In this document: in pieces, positions 1 to 10,340 of the stretch
How positions within the stretch are numbered: position 1 is the first letter of the stretch
How the letters are laid out: every line of letters begins with the position of its first letter
Assembly (NCBI GenBank): GCA_038061695.1
Contig: JBBTYT010000006.1
Coordinates: 1 to 56,340 of the forward strand
Reading direction: 5' to 3'
DNA from: Patescibacteria group bacterium
Lineage (GTDB): Bacteria; Patescibacteriota; Minisyncoccia; GWC2-36-17; M10-OD1-4
Length of the DNA stretch: 56,340 nt
Notes under the pieces: generated by a model
The model's input: the letters and a program-made list of their open reading frames with translations, nothing else
What the model was told of the DNA's origin: nothing
Databases searched by the model: none
Translations under genes and position numbers: made by a program

Positions 1-2
1 AT

Positions 3-275
3 AAGAAAGCAGTAACAAAAGTATTTGATGATTTTGATAGGATTGTAGGAACGAAGTATTTAAGGATGTCTCATTTAAATGATTCTAAAGTTGATATTGG
101 TGAGAGAAAGGATAGGCATGAAGATATAGGAGTTGGTAAAATAGGTATAGCTGGATTTGAAGCGATTTTTTCAGATAAAAGATTAAAAGATTTATCTTTT
201 GTTCTTGAAACCCCGGGAGATATGGAGAAAGATTTAAGGATAATAAAAGAGATGAGAAAAAAATTAGTAAAATAA
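3..275 (+). CDS. nfo: Endonuclease IV, C-terminal part (5'-truncated by window edge)
   Basis: Frame is open from position 3. Motifs HLNDSK, DRHEDIGVG and LETPG are typical of the AP endonuclease 2 family. Confidence 0.9.
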   Translation, partial: KKAVTKVFDDFDRIVGTKYLRMSHLNDSKVDIGERKDRHEDIGVGKIGIAGFEAIFSDKRLKDLSFVLETPGDMEKDLRIIKEMRKKLVK

Positions 276-277
276 AT

Positions 278-1492
278 ATGAGATCAATTTCTTTGCATAT
301 TAAAAAGGAGATACCAGGCGCTTTAGGAAGGACTGGTATTTTAACAACGCCGCATGGAGATATAAAAACACCAGCTTTTGTTGCCGTTGGTACACGCGCT
401 ACTGTTAAGGGTTTGAATTCAGAAGACTTAAAAGCTCTTGGTGCTCAAGTTGTTTTAGGAAACGCATATCATCTTTATTTGCAACCCGGTGAAGATGTGA
501 TTGCTAAAGCCGGTGGACTGGCTGATTTTATGAATTGGCAAGGTCCTACTATGACAGATTCAGGAGGGTTTCAAGTTTTTTCGTTGGGTTTTGCATATAA
601 AAAAGGTGTAAGCAAAATTGCAAAAGAATCTCAAACAGAAGCAGAGCTTGAGGAAATAGACTCTGGTGAGAATGGTCAACATTCAAAATTAGCAAAAATA
701 GATGATGATGGCGTTACATTTACATCGCATTTGGATGGTTCAATTCATAGATTTACACCGGAAAGTTCAATCGCTATTCAAGAAAAAATAGGGGCAGATA
801 TGATATTTGTTTTTGATGAATGCACCTCGCCTTTAGTTCCAAGAAAGTATATGATAAGGGCTTTGGATAGAACTCATAAGTGGGCCAAAAGATGTATTGA
901 GGCAAGAAGAAGGGATGATCAAGCGCTTTTTGGGATAGTACAAGGTGGCAGGTATAAGGATTTAAGAGAGAGGAGCGCAAAATATATTGCTTCTTTACCA
1001 TTTGAGGGTTTTGGCATCGGTGGCTCATTTGATAAGGATGATATGAGGCAGATTGTTGAGGTTATAAATAAAATTTTACCAAAAGAAAAACCAAGACATA
1101 TGCTTGGTATCGGCGAGGTTGTAGATATATTTGAAGGCGTTGAAAGAGGTATTGATCTTTTTGATTGTGTTATACCAACAAGAGTTGCAAGACATGGTAT
1201 TTTATTCACTAAGAATGGAAAGTATGATATTAAAAAATCAAATAATAAAGATAATTTTGAGCCGATTGTTTTAGGATGTGGATGTTATGCATGTAAAAAT
1301 CATTCAAAATCATATTTACATCATCTGATGAGAGCTAATGAAATGTTGGGTCATAGCTTAGCATCCATTCATAATCTTTATTTTATGATGAAACTTATGG
1401 AGGATATAAGAGGATCAATAAATAATGGAATATTTTCAGAATTTAAAAAAGATTTTATAAGTTATTATTTAGAGAAAAAAGATGCAATTTAA
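278..1492 (+). CDS. tgt: tRNA-guanine transglycosylase
   Basis: TPAF.AVGT, NAYHL, TDSGGFQVFSL, FGIVQGG, DLFDCVIPTR, Zn motif CGCYAC...H. Confidence 0.97.
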   Translation: MRSISLHIKKEIPGALGRTGILTTPHGDIKTPAFVAVGTRATVKGLNSEDLKALGAQVVLGNAYHLYLQPGEDVIAKAGGLADFMNWQGPTMTDSGGFQVFSLGFAYKKGVSKIAKESQTEAELEEIDSGENGQHSKLAKIDDDGVTFTSHLDGSIHRFTPESSIAIQEKIGADMIFVFDECTSPLVPRKYMIRALDRTHKWAKRCIEARRRDDQALFGIVQGGRYKDLRERSAKYIASLPFEGFGIGGSFDKDDMRQIVEVINKILPKEKPRHMLGIGEVVDIFEGVERGIDLFDCVIPTRVARHGILFTKNGKYDIKKSNNKDNFEPIVLGCGCYACKNHSKSYLHHLMRANEMLGHSLASIHNLYFMMKLMEDIRGSINNGIFSEFKKDFISYYLEKKDAI

Positions 1493-2651
1493 GATTTTTA
1501 CTCCAACTGAATACGCAGTTTTTATAAACGAAGGATTGCATGATTATGCGGCTGTTGTTGAAGGCGAGGTCTCTGAATATAGAATTAATCAAGGTAAGTG
1601 GATATTTTTTAAAATCAAAGATGAGAATTCTGTTTTAGATTGTTTCTCAACGACATTTCAATTAAAAAGTCCGCTTGAAGATGGTATGAAAGTCAGATTA
1701 TACGGCATTCCAAAGATATATCCTAAGTCTGGAAAGTTTTCCTTGTCTGTTCAATGGGCGGAGGCATCCGGAGAGGGGTCACTTAAGAGGGCTTTTGAGC
1801 TTATGAAGGCAGAGCTTGAGAAAGAAGGTATTTTTTCCTTATCAAGAAAAAGGGAAATTCCTAAATTTCCCAAAAGAATAGGAATAATAGCTTCAAAAGA
1901 ATCTGCAGCATATAAGGATTTCCTTAAGGTTCTTTCCCAAAGATTTGGTGGAATGGAACTTTACCTTTATAATGTGGCTGTTCAAGGGGAAAATTCAATC
2001 ATTGAAATAGTTGAGGCATTCAAATATTTCAATGATAGTAAAGATAAATTAAATCTAGATATGATAATACTTACAAGAGGCGGAGGCTCTCTTGAGGATT
2101 TAAAGTCTTTTAATTCAAAAGAAGTTGCTTATGCTGTTTTCTCTTCTTCTGTTCCGGTAGTCTGCGGAGTTGGTCATGAGCAGGATATTTCTTTGGCTGA
2201 TTATGCCGCTGATATAAGAGCATCAACTCCATCAAATGCCGCTGAGCTTATATCCCAGCAAAGGTCAGATATTTTAATGCATATGAATAATGAAGTATAT
2301 AAAATTGAATCAAATTTAAATAGATTAGTTATGAGCAGTAATTCTGATATTGAGCGGTTCACAAGATTATTAGATGGTTTTATTTCAGGTCAAATAAATG
2401 CTTTTGCGAATCTTCAGTCAAGGCTTTTTAATGGTTTGAAAAATTTTGAAGAAATACTTATAATGCAGAGATCGCGAATAGATGTTTTTTTAAGGCTTTT
2501 AAATTCTTTAAATCCTAGAGAGGTTTTAAAAAGAGGTTATAGTATAGTCAAATTTAATGGAAGAATCATTTTGAGTATTAGAAATATTAAAAAGAAAGAC
2601 ACGGTTAATATAAGTCTATCTGATGGCGATATTAACGCGCAAGTTTTATAA
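1482..2651 (+). CDS. xseA: Exodeoxyribonuclease VII large subunit
   Basis: N-terminal OB fold (VEGEVS), RGGGSLEDL, GVGHEQD, RASTPSNAAE, LKRGYSIV. Confidence 0.97.
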   Translation: MQFKIFTPTEYAVFINEGLHDYAAVVEGEVSEYRINQGKWIFFKIKDENSVLDCFSTTFQLKSPLEDGMKVRLYGIPKIYPKSGKFSLSVQWAEASGEGSLKRAFELMKAELEKEGIFSLSRKREIPKFPKRIGIIASKESAAYKDFLKVLSQRFGGMELYLYNVAVQGENSIIEIVEAFKYFNDSKDKLNLDMIILTRGGGSLEDLKSFNSKEVAYAVFSSSVPVVCGVGHEQDISLADYAADIRASTPSNAAELISQQRSDILMHMNNEVYKIESNLNRLVMSSNSDIERFTRLLDGFISGQINAFANLQSRLFNGLKNFEEILIMQRSRIDVFLRLLNSLNPREVLKRGYSIVKFNGRIILSIRNIKKKDTVNISLSDGDINAQVL

Positions 2652-2657
2652 TAAAAT

Positions 2658-2858
2658 ATGAAAAAGAATTTTAATTTCGCAAAGTCATATGAAGAGCTGG
2701 AGATTATAGCAGAGGAATTTGAGTCTGGTAATTTATCTTTGGAAGAAGGTTTAAAGAAGTTTGAAAAAGGACTTATTATAGCAAAGGAGTGTAAGGGATA
2801 TATAGAGAATATAGAGAACAAAATTATAGAGATTAAAAAAAGACATAATTTAAAGTAG
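2658..2858 (+). CDS. xseB: Exodeoxyribonuclease VII small subunit
   Basis: ELE.I...ESG.LSLEE.L..FEKG..I...C pattern; adjacent to xseA. Confidence 0.95.
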   Translation: MKKNFNFAKSYEELEIIAEEFESGNLSLEEGLKKFEKGLIIAKECKGYIENIENKIIEIKKRHNLK

Positions 2859-3551
2859 ATGAAAGATTATATAGTTTTAGATTTAGAAACTCAATATGAA
2901 TTTGCTGATGTCGGCGGTAGAGCATACCCACATCTTTTAAAGATTTCAGTAGTCGGTCTTTATTCTTATAAAAAAGATAAGTTTATGATTTTTGAAGAAG
3001 ATAGAATTTACGAACTTGAAAAGATCTTAAAAGATGTCGGACTTCTCATTGGTTTTAATACAAAATATTTTGATTATCAAGTTTTACAACCATATATGAA
3101 AGAAATTAATCTTAAGGATATTCCATCATGCGACATAATGGAGGACATTGCCAATGTTTTGGGGCATAGGCTTTCACTAGACTCAATAGCGAAAGCAACT
3201 TTAAATACAAAAAAGAGCGGGCATGGACTTGATGCTATTAAATATTTTCGTGAAGGAAGAATGGATGAATTAAAAAGCTACTGTTTGGATGATGTTAGAA
3301 TTACAAGAGATATATTTGATTACGGCAGAAAGTATGAACAGATATTTTTTAATGAAAAAGGCAGTGAGAAAAAATTAGCAGTGCCGGTGTATTGGGAGGA
3401 ATATAATTCTAACTTTAAACACAAGATAGCAATAGATGAAATTTCTAATATAACAGAGAATATAAATAGCGCTGATACTATTGAAGATAATGTTGAAGAT
3501 TTGCCGGTTGCTTCTGATGAGGTAAAAAATAAAAATTATTCTTTATTTTAA
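2859..3551 (+). CDS. RNase H-like (DEDD/YprB-type) 3'-5' exonuclease domain protein
   Basis: ExoI VLDLET, ExoII GFNTKYFD, ExoIII YCLDDV; acidic tail ending YSLF. Confidence 0.8.
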   Translation: MKDYIVLDLETQYEFADVGGRAYPHLLKISVVGLYSYKKDKFMIFEEDRIYELEKILKDVGLLIGFNTKYFDYQVLQPYMKEINLKDIPSCDIMEDIANVLGHRLSLDSIAKATLNTKKSGHGLDAIKYFREGRMDELKSYCLDDVRITRDIFDYGRKYEQIFFNEKGSEKKLAVPVYWEEYNSNFKHKIAIDEISNITENINSADTIEDNVEDLPVASDEVKNKNYSLF

Positions 3552-3564
3552 TTAAGTAATTTAT

Positions 3565-4746
3565 ATGAAAAGAATTTATTTAGATAATGCCGCATCTACA
3601 CCTACGGATCCGAGAGTTTTAATAGAGATGATGCCATACTTTCAAAATAAGTATGGCAATGCTTCGTCCATTCATTTTTTTGGGCAAGAGGCCCAATCTG
3701 CAATTGATGATGCGAGAAGAAAGACAGCTGATTTTTTAAATTGTGATAGAAAAGAAATTTTCTTTACCGGCTCTGCTACGGAATCAAATAATCTCGCTAT
3801 AATCGGTGCTATAAGAAAGTTTAAAAAAGAAAAGCATACTGGCAAGCCTCATATTATAATATCTCAGATAGAGCATGAATCTGTTTTAGAATCCGTGAGA
3901 TATTTAACAGAGATTGGAGAAATAGAATCTACATTGTTATCGGTTTCAGATGACGGAATTATTCTTCTTGATGAGTTAGAAATTAATTTTAAAGATGAGA
4001 CAATCTTAATTTCAATTATGCATGCGAATAATGAGATAGGAGCGATACAGCCGATTAGGGAAATTTCCCAAATAATAAGGAAATTTAATAAGGAAAAAGG
4101 GAAAAATATTTTATTTCATACAGATGCTGTTCAATCTGTGAACTTTTTAGATTGTGATGTTGCGGATCTTGGGATTGATATGCTTACAATATCTGGACAT
4201 AAGATTTATGGTCCAAAAGGTGTCGGTGTACTTTTTGTTAAAAGTGGCACTAATATAGAGCCTTTAATTCTTGGTAGTAAACAAGAGCTTGGTATGAGAT
4301 CTGGAACAGAAAACATTCCAAGTATTGTTGGTATAGGAGTGGCGCTTGATATTGTGAAAGAAGAGAGAAAAAATGTTGATAAGATATCTAAGCTAAGAGA
4401 TGAGTTAATGGATGGAATTCTCACCAATATTAATAATAGTAAAATAAATGGTACTTTGAAAAAAAGATTGCCTAATAATATAAATGTTTCAATTTCTGGT
4501 ATAAATAAAGATGATATTATAATTGCATTAGATTTAAAAGGTGTGGCTATTTCAGGTGGCTCTGCTTGTTATTCTAAGACATCAAATATTTCACATGTTT
4601 TAGATGCCATAGGTTTGTCTCAAGATGAAAATGAGTCCAGTATAAGGATAACCTTAGGAAGGCACATAACTCAAAAAGATATAAAAAAAGTAATTGAAAT
4701 TTTAAAAGAAGCAGTCATAAGTTTAAAAAATAAAATATCTAAATAA
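3565..4746 (+). CDS. iscS: Cysteine desulfurase (IscS/NifS type)
   Basis: IYLDNAAST, EHESV, HTDAVQ, PLP-lysine SGHKIYGPKG, RSGTEN, catalytic GSAC. Confidence 0.9.
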   Translation: MKRIYLDNAASTPTDPRVLIEMMPYFQNKYGNASSIHFFGQEAQSAIDDARRKTADFLNCDRKEIFFTGSATESNNLAIIGAIRKFKKEKHTGKPHIIISQIEHESVLESVRYLTEIGEIESTLLSVSDDGIILLDELEINFKDETILISIMHANNEIGAIQPIREISQIIRKFNKEKGKNILFHTDAVQSVNFLDCDVADLGIDMLTISGHKIYGPKGVGVLFVKSGTNIEPLILGSKQELGMRSGTENIPSIVGIGVALDIVKEERKNVDKISKLRDELMDGILTNINNSKINGTLKKRLPNNINVSISGINKDDIIIALDLKGVAISGGSACYSKTSNISHVLDAIGLSQDENESSIRITLGRHITQKDIKKVIEILKEAVISLKNKISK

Positions 4747-4751
4747 TTAAA

Positions 4752-4778
4752 TTAGCACTCTTGACCATAGAGTGCTAA
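4752..4778 (+). promoter_or_regulatory. CIRCE operator (HrcA site) overlapping a sigma70 promoter of clpB
   Basis: Exact TTAGCACTC-N9-GAGTGCTAA. The spacer begins with TTGACC (-35, 4761-4766), 17 nt before TGc-TATTCT (-10, 4784-4789). Confidence 0.97.
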
Positions 4779-4829
4779 TTTGCTATTCTTTAAATAAGCT
4801 AAAACTTAGTAAATATAACTTAATAAAAA

Positions 4830-7466
4830 ATGCAATTCAATAATTTTACAAATAAGGCTCAAGAGGTGCTTCAAAAAGCGCAAGAACTTTCTGTCAGAAA
4901 TGCGCATACTAATATAGACTCACAGCACCTTTTATATGCTTTAATAGTTCATAAAGATTCAATGATGGTTAGCATCTTAAATAAACTAGAGATAAACATA
5001 GATCTTTTTAAGAATGACATTTTAAAGTCAATGGAATATTTGCAAGTTGGCAATCAGCAAGGCATCTCTTTTGGAAGAGTACAAGTTACAGAAAATTTAG
5101 CAAGAATTCTGGATTCTTCTATTAAGATAGCTATATCTTTAAAAGATGAGTTTATTTCAACAGAGCATCTTTTTTTAGCATTTTTTGAAGTAGAATCATT
5201 ATCAAAGGATATCTTAACTAGATTCAATATTAATAAAGAGAATGTATTAAAAGAGCTTGCGGGGATAAGAGGCAATCAAAGGGTGACTGACTTAGAGCCG
5301 GAAGCAAAATATCAGGTACTTGAAAAATATACTAATAATTTAACAAAATTAGCTAGAGAAAATAGACTTGATCCTGTCATTGGAAGAGATGGAGAGATAA
5401 GGAGGGTGATCCAAGTTTTATCAAGAAGAACAAAAAATAATCCTGTTTTAATAGGTGAGCCAGGGACAGGAAAAACTGCTATCGCAGAAGGGCTTGCTCA
5501 GAGAATTTCAGCCGGAGATGTTCCAGAATCTCTTAAGGGAAGCGAGCTTATATCTCTTGATCTTGGTATGCTAATCGCTGGTACAAAATATAGAGGTGAG
5601 TTTGAGGATAGACTTAAGGCGGTATTAAAAGAGATCAAGAGAAATGAAGGCAAGATAGTATTATTTATAGATGAGTTGCATACCATAGTTGGTGCTGGAG
5701 GAGTGGAAGGATCTATGGATGCTTCCAATATGTTAAAGCCTGCTCTGGCAAGAGGTGAATTGCATGCGGTTGGAGCGACAACTTTAAAAGAGTATCAAAA
5801 ATATATAGAAAAAGATCAAGCTCTTGAGAGAAGATTTCAGCCAGTAATAATAAGTGAACCAAGCGTGGAAGATACTATTTCAATATTGCGTGGAATAAAA
5901 GAAAGATATGAAGTGCATCATGGTGTGCGTATTACCGATCCTGCAATAGTTGCTTCCGTCACTCTTTCAGATAGATATATAACAGAGAGATATCTGCCTG
6001 ATAAGGCTATTGATCTTATGGATGAAGCGGCTGCAGAATTAAGAATGGAGATAGATTCAATGCCTCAAGAACTAGACTCTTTAAAGAGGAAAATAATGAA
6101 GCTTGAAATTGAAAAAACCGCTTTAAAAAAAGAAGAGGATAAAGAGTCAAAAGAAAGATTAAATGCTATTAAAAAAATATTGTCTGAGCTTAAGGAAAAA
6201 AGTAGAGGTCTTGAAATGCAGTGGAATGTTGAAAAGGAAATCATCTCAAACATAAGGAAATTTAAAAAGGAATTAGATAGACTAAAGCAAGAATCTGAAA
6301 TGGCAGAAAAAAGAGCTGATTTACAAAAAGTGGCTGAGATAAGATATGGTGAAATACCAAAGATTGAAGGATATATTATAAAAGAAGAGGAAAGATTAAT
6401 AAAGGCGCAAGGTGATAAAAGAATTTTAAAAGAGGAAATTTCAGAGGAGGATATAGCAAATATTGTTTCCAAGTGGACGGGTGTAAAGGTTTCTAAGATT
6501 TTAGAAGAGGAGTCTGATAGATTACTTCATATGGAAGATTCTCTTAAGAGGAGAGTTGTTGGTCAAGATGAGGCAATAAATATAGTTTCAAATGCAGTAA
6601 GAAGATCAAGGTCTGGTATAGCAGATAAAAATAAACCGATAGGAACTTTTATGTTTCTAGGTCAGACTGGTGTTGGTAAGACAGAGCTTGCAAAAGCTAT
6701 GGCGGAGTTTATGTTTCAATCCGAATCATCAATTATCAGAATAGATATGTCAGAGTATGCGGAGAGGCATTCTTTATCAAAGGTGATAGGTTCTCCTCCT
6801 GGATATGTTGGTTATGACGAAGGTGGACAATTAACAGAGAAGGTGAGGATGAAACCATATAGTGTTATACTTTTTGATGAGATAGAGAAAGCTCACCCGG
6901 ATATATTTAATATTCTTTTACAGATATTAGACGAAGGTCATTTGACTGATTCAAAAGGTAGGAAAATAAATTTTAAAAATACTATTATAATAATGACATC
7001 AAATGTTGGTTCCGAATCTCTTTCAGAGATGGGGGAGCTTGGTTTTTATGGTGAGGAGAATGGAAATAATAAGGAAAAACATAAGGAAATAATAAGGAAA
7101 GTAAATATTTCCCTAAAAGAGACATTTAAGCCGGAGTTTTTAAATAGAGTAGATGAGATAGTGATCTTTAATTCCTTAAATAATGATATTCTTGAAGATA
7201 TAGTGGATATTCAACTGGAAAATATATATAACAATTTGAAAGAGAAAAGGATTAAATTAAGGGCAACTAAAAAGGTTAAGTCTTTTTTAGTCGAGCAATG
7301 CACAGAATCGCATTACGGAGCAAGACCGCTTAAGCGTCTTATTCAAAAAAACATACTTGATAATTTATCTAAAAAAATTATTAAAGGAGAAGTTCAGGAC
7401 GGAAGTAATGTGACTGTGGATTTAAAAGATGGTAAGATTGAAATAAGAGTGAAGAGTAATTCTTAA
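4830..7466 (+). CDS. clpB: ATP-dependent chaperone ClpB
   Basis: Clp N domain, two AAA+ modules ([16 protein letters not shown]), KYRGEFE and GYVG pore loops, long coiled-coil M domain. Confidence 0.97.
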   Translation: MQFNNFTNKAQEVLQKAQELSVRNAHTNIDSQHLLYALIVHKDSMMVSILNKLEINIDLFKNDILKSMEYLQVGNQQGISFGRVQVTENLARILDSSIKIAISLKDEFISTEHLFLAFFEVESLSKDILTRFNINKENVLKELAGIRGNQRVTDLEPEAKYQVLEKYTNNLTKLARENRLDPVIGRDGEIRRVIQVLSRRTKNNPVLIGEPGTGKTAIAEGLAQRISAGDVPESLKGSELISLDLGMLIAGTKYRGEFEDRLKAVLKEIKRNEGKIVLFIDELHTIVGAGGVEGSMDASNMLKPALARGELHAVGATTLKEYQKYIEKDQALERRFQPVIISEPSVEDTISILRGIKERYEVHHGVRITDPAIVASVTLSDRYITERYLPDKAIDLMDEAAAELRMEIDSMPQELDSLKRKIMKLEIEKTALKKEEDKESKERLNAIKKILSELKEKSRGLEMQWNVEKEIISNIRKFKKELDRLKQESEMAEKRADLQKVAEIRYGEIPKIEGYIIKEEERLIKAQGDKRILKEEISEEDIANIVSKWTGVKVSKILEEESDRLLHMEDSLKRRVVGQDEAINIVSNAVRRSRSGIADKNKPIGTFMFLGQTGVGKTELAKAMAEFMFQSESSIIRIDMSEYAERHSLSKVIGSPPGYVGYDEGGQLTEKVRMKPYSVILFDEIEKAHPDIFNILLQILDEGHLTDSKGRKINFKNTIIIMTSNVGSESLSEMGELGFYGEENGNNKEKHKEIIRKVNISLKETFKPEFLNRVDEIVIFNSLNNDILEDIVDIQLENIYNNLKEKRIKLRATKKVKSFLVEQCTESHYGARPLKRLIQKNILDNLSKKIIKGEVQDGSNVTVDLKDGKIEIRVKSNS

Positions 7467-7501
7467 GATTTATCTGAATAATATAATATAGATTTTAGAT
7501 T

Positions 7502-8200
7502 ATGCGGAATATTTTTCTAGCCATAATATTTTTTATACTATCTGAACTATTTATTAGTAGTGGCGGTTTTTCTAGTTTAATTGCAGTTACAGTTTGTTTA
7601 TTTGTTTTAGGAGCTTCATGGTATTTTCTGAAAAAAGCCTCACTCATTAGCATAGTATCTATATTACCGATTATTCAATTTTCACTACTTAATCTTATTT
7701 TTAATACGCAAATAAGGCATTTTATAGTCCTATTTTTCACATTCATTTTCTTTCTTATATTCTCTCACAATATTAAAAAGTCATACATAATAATAATTTC
7801 ATTTATAGAGTTTATATTAGTAGCTTTATTAATCACTGTCTATCAAGAATTTTTCTACATATCTCACTGGTTAATTTTACCAATAATGTTCATAGCATCT
7901 TTTCTTATATTTTTCTCATCAATATCATTCGTTCTGAAGTTAGCATTTGCTTTAAAATTCAGGCTTTTTATTTTTTCTTTAGTAGCAGCACTTATAATAT
8001 CCGAATCTTATTGGCTGATCTCAAAATTACCTTTAAATTTTGTGACCTCAGGATTTGTAATATTTGTTATATATTATGCTATATGGGATATAACGATAAG
8101 ATATTTTGCCGGTAATTTAACTAAAAAATCTATATACTTTATTCTCGCATTGCTTGTTTTAACATTATCAATTATATTTATTACAATTAAATTATTATAA
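7502..8200 (+). CDS. Polytopic membrane protein, unknown function
   Basis: 232 aa, almost entirely hydrophobic segments. Confidence 0.7.
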   Translation: MRNIFLAIIFFILSELFISSGGFSSLIAVTVCLFVLGASWYFLKKASLISIVSILPIIQFSLLNLIFNTQIRHFIVLFFTFIFFLIFSHNIKKSYIIIISFIEFILVALLITVYQEFFYISHWLILPIMFIASFLIFFSSISFVLKLAFALKFRLFIFSLVAALIISESYWLISKLPLNFVTSGFVIFVIYYAIWDITIRYFAGNLTKKSIYFILALLVLTLSIIFITIKLL

Positions 8201-8208
8201 TTAACTTC

Positions 8209-8943
8209 ATGAATTTAATAAAAAAAAATCTTTTAAATCTAATATTAATATTTTTCTTGGGAGGAATCGGAGGTGTTTTTTTCTCAGACATTTTATTACC
8301 GAAGCTTTTAAGTTATAATGTTTTTTCAGATTTAGCAGTAGCGATAGGAGAGCGTATTACTATTGTGAATAAGACAGAAAATATAAGTATATATGAATCG
8401 GAGATTTTAGATAATCTTATAAAGAAAAACAGAGAATCACTGGTTGTAATAAAAAATTTCAGAGATGATAAATTTATATCTTCTGGAGCCGGATTTATTG
8501 TAAGCTCTGACGGTCTTATCTTAACAAGAAGAGAGGTTGTCTCAGATCAAAATAATGATATTTCAATAGAGAGGGATGGTAATAAATTTTCTGCGAAGAT
8601 CCATAAGAGATTAGATGATAATGGTTTGATTTTGCTGAAGTCAAATGCCTCTAATCTACCGGTCGTATCATTTGCAAGTCCATCGGATATTTTATTGGGA
8701 AACAAAGTAATTTTAATAGGGAATAAAATTAATTCATTGGGAAATTATGAATTTGTAGATGTAGGATTTTTGAGGAGTATTGATGATTTTATTTTAGAAA
8801 CATCAATACAAGATGATACAAATTTATTGTCAGGGACACCTCTTTTAGATTTAAAGGGTAATGTTTTAGGTATAAATTTTACTAATTCAAAAGGTGATGT
8901 TCTTTCTGTCCCATCAGAAGTTATAAAATCTTTTATATATTAA
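8209..8943 (+). CDS. Membrane-anchored trypsin-like (HtrA/DegP-type) protease homolog, catalytic residues degenerate, no PDZ
   Basis: GAGFIVSSDGLILT and SGTPLLDLKGNVLGIN match the S1C fold; the TNxHV motif reads TRREV. Confidence 0.8.
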   Translation: MNLIKKNLLNLILIFFLGGIGGVFFSDILLPKLLSYNVFSDLAVAIGERITIVNKTENISIYESEILDNLIKKNRESLVVIKNFRDDKFISSGAGFIVSSDGLILTRREVVSDQNNDISIERDGNKFSAKIHKRLDDNGLILLKSNASNLPVVSFASPSDILLGNKVILIGNKINSLGNYEFVDVGFLRSIDDFILETSIQDDTNLLSGTPLLDLKGNVLGINFTNSKGDVLSVPSEVIKSFIY

Positions 8944-8975
8944 ATAGTTGATCTAATTTCCTAATTAATATTCCC

Positions 8976-9020
8976 AATCAAGATGCCTTACTTTAAAATA
9001 AGTAAGGCATCTTGATTTTT
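8976..9020 (+). terminator. Perfect 18-bp inverted repeat followed by a T-run (likely intrinsic terminator)
   Basis: AATCAAGATGCCTTACTT (8976-8993), 6-nt loop, AAGTAAGGCATCTTGATT (9000-9017), then TTT. Confidence 0.7.
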
Positions 9021-9073
9021 CCCTTTGAATAATCTATACTCTGAATTAGCTTAATAAGGAAAAGTATAAAAAT

Positions 9074-9808
9074 ATGTATAATTTTGATTTTGAAGATAAT
9101 ATAAAATGGCAGAGAGTGCTAGATTTAACACACGCTGTTTGGAAGGTTCTTGATACTTCCATTGAAAGTTCTATTTTAAAGAATAAAATTAAAGATCTTT
9201 CAAGCGATATTTTAACAAAATATACAGCCTATATTTCAGAAGAAGATAATAGTCATATTATAATTACATATATAGATTCTTTAGTGGCACTTCTATCTTT
9301 AGCTCAAAAGACAAGTAATATAAGGGAAATAAATTTTTTAATATTAAAAAATGAATATAAGAAGATTAGATTCTATATATCTTCAAAGCTGGAGATAAAA
9401 GATTGGAATAAAATAGATGATGAAGTCGTAGTTAAGCCAAAGATAGATATTCAAAAAAAAGATATAGAGAAAGAAAGTTTTGTTGCGTCAGAAAATATAG
9501 AATCAGTAAAGATCAAAGATCCTTTGGATACAGAGAGTAAGGATAAATTAAAAGAACAAAGTCAGATAAAAAAACCAATACAAAGTATGCAAGAGGGTTT
9601 AACAGAAAGACAAGATTTTATTATGAAGTTTTTTAAAGAGAGTAAAGATGGCAAGCTTCGCTTAAAAGATATTATGAAAAATTTTTCAAATTATACAAGC
9701 AGAACAATACGCAATGATCTTAAAGGTTTATGTAATGAGGAATTTATATTAAGGTCAGAAAGTAGGGGACAAGGATCTTTTTACTATATAAAGAAAGATA
9801 GGATTTAA
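9074..9808 (+). CDS. N-terminal four-helix-bundle domain plus C-terminal DeoR-like winged-helix protein
   Basis: Helical N-terminus ending INFLILKNEY, charged linker, then LTERQDFIM...LKDIM...TSRTIRNDLKGL...G.GSFY. Confidence 0.7.
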   Translation: MYNFDFEDNIKWQRVLDLTHAVWKVLDTSIESSILKNKIKDLSSDILTKYTAYISEEDNSHIIITYIDSLVALLSLAQKTSNIREINFLILKNEYKKIRFYISSKLEIKDWNKIDDEVVVKPKIDIQKKDIEKESFVASENIESVKIKDPLDTESKDKLKEQSQIKKPIQSMQEGLTERQDFIMKFFKESKDGKLRLKDIMKNFSNYTSRTIRNDLKGLCNEEFILRSESRGQGSFYYIKKDRI

Positions 9809-9880
9809 TAGAGAAATCTTTAGGAAATAATAAGGATATTTTAAGGAAATTGGCTATATTATAAGGAAAAGATAAGGAAA
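9800..9880 (+). repeat. Array of AGGAAA-like hexamers spaced ~11 bp apart
   Basis: AGGATT 9800, AGGAAA 9822, AGGATA 9833, AGGAAA 9844, 9864 and 9875. Confidence 0.55.
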
Positions 9881-10124
9881 AATAAAATATTTCATAATAA
9901 TTAAAAGAAAAATGACTTTATATAAAGAATTTTTGAAATAAAAAATTAAAGATCTCTTTTTAAGAATCAGAGATTATTATATAAGATATTATTTTTAATT
10001 TTTTCGCAGAGTTATTTTTTGAAAATGTATTTAAAATTTCTTTAAATAAAAGCGTAATCAAATTTTCTTCCAGTACTGATTTTTCTTCCAATTTATTTTT
10101 TTTTTATGAATAGTCATTTTCTAC

Positions 10125-10197
10125 TGTGAATAACTGTAACATTCTTTTAATCTAAAAGATCATTCAAGAATAGTTTTTAAGATTAAAGTTATCCACA
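10125..10197. promoter_or_regulatory. Pair of inverted DnaA-box-like 9-mers
   Basis: TGTGAATAA (10125-10133; TTATTCACA on minus strand) and TTATCCACA (10189-10197), both matching TTWTNCACA. Confidence 0.55.
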
Positions 10198-10340
10198 TAA
10201 TAAATTTGTATAGACTCTTATTTTTTTTGAATGTAATATTTAGTATCTTAAAAAGTCTTTTATTTGTAAGGTTTTTTATTTATACTTATACATTTATCAT
10301 CCTACTTTTCGGTTATGACTTGAATTCTTGATGTATTGTA

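Noticed and set aside
6655-6690. ClpB second Walker A reads GQTGVGKT instead of GPTGVGKT
   Set aside because: The GxxGxGKT core is intact; a minor substitution.
9809-10340. Chromosomal origin oriC
   Set aside because: Only two DnaA boxes, no dnaA/dnaN nearby and no switch in gene orientation; kept only as a regulatory candidate.
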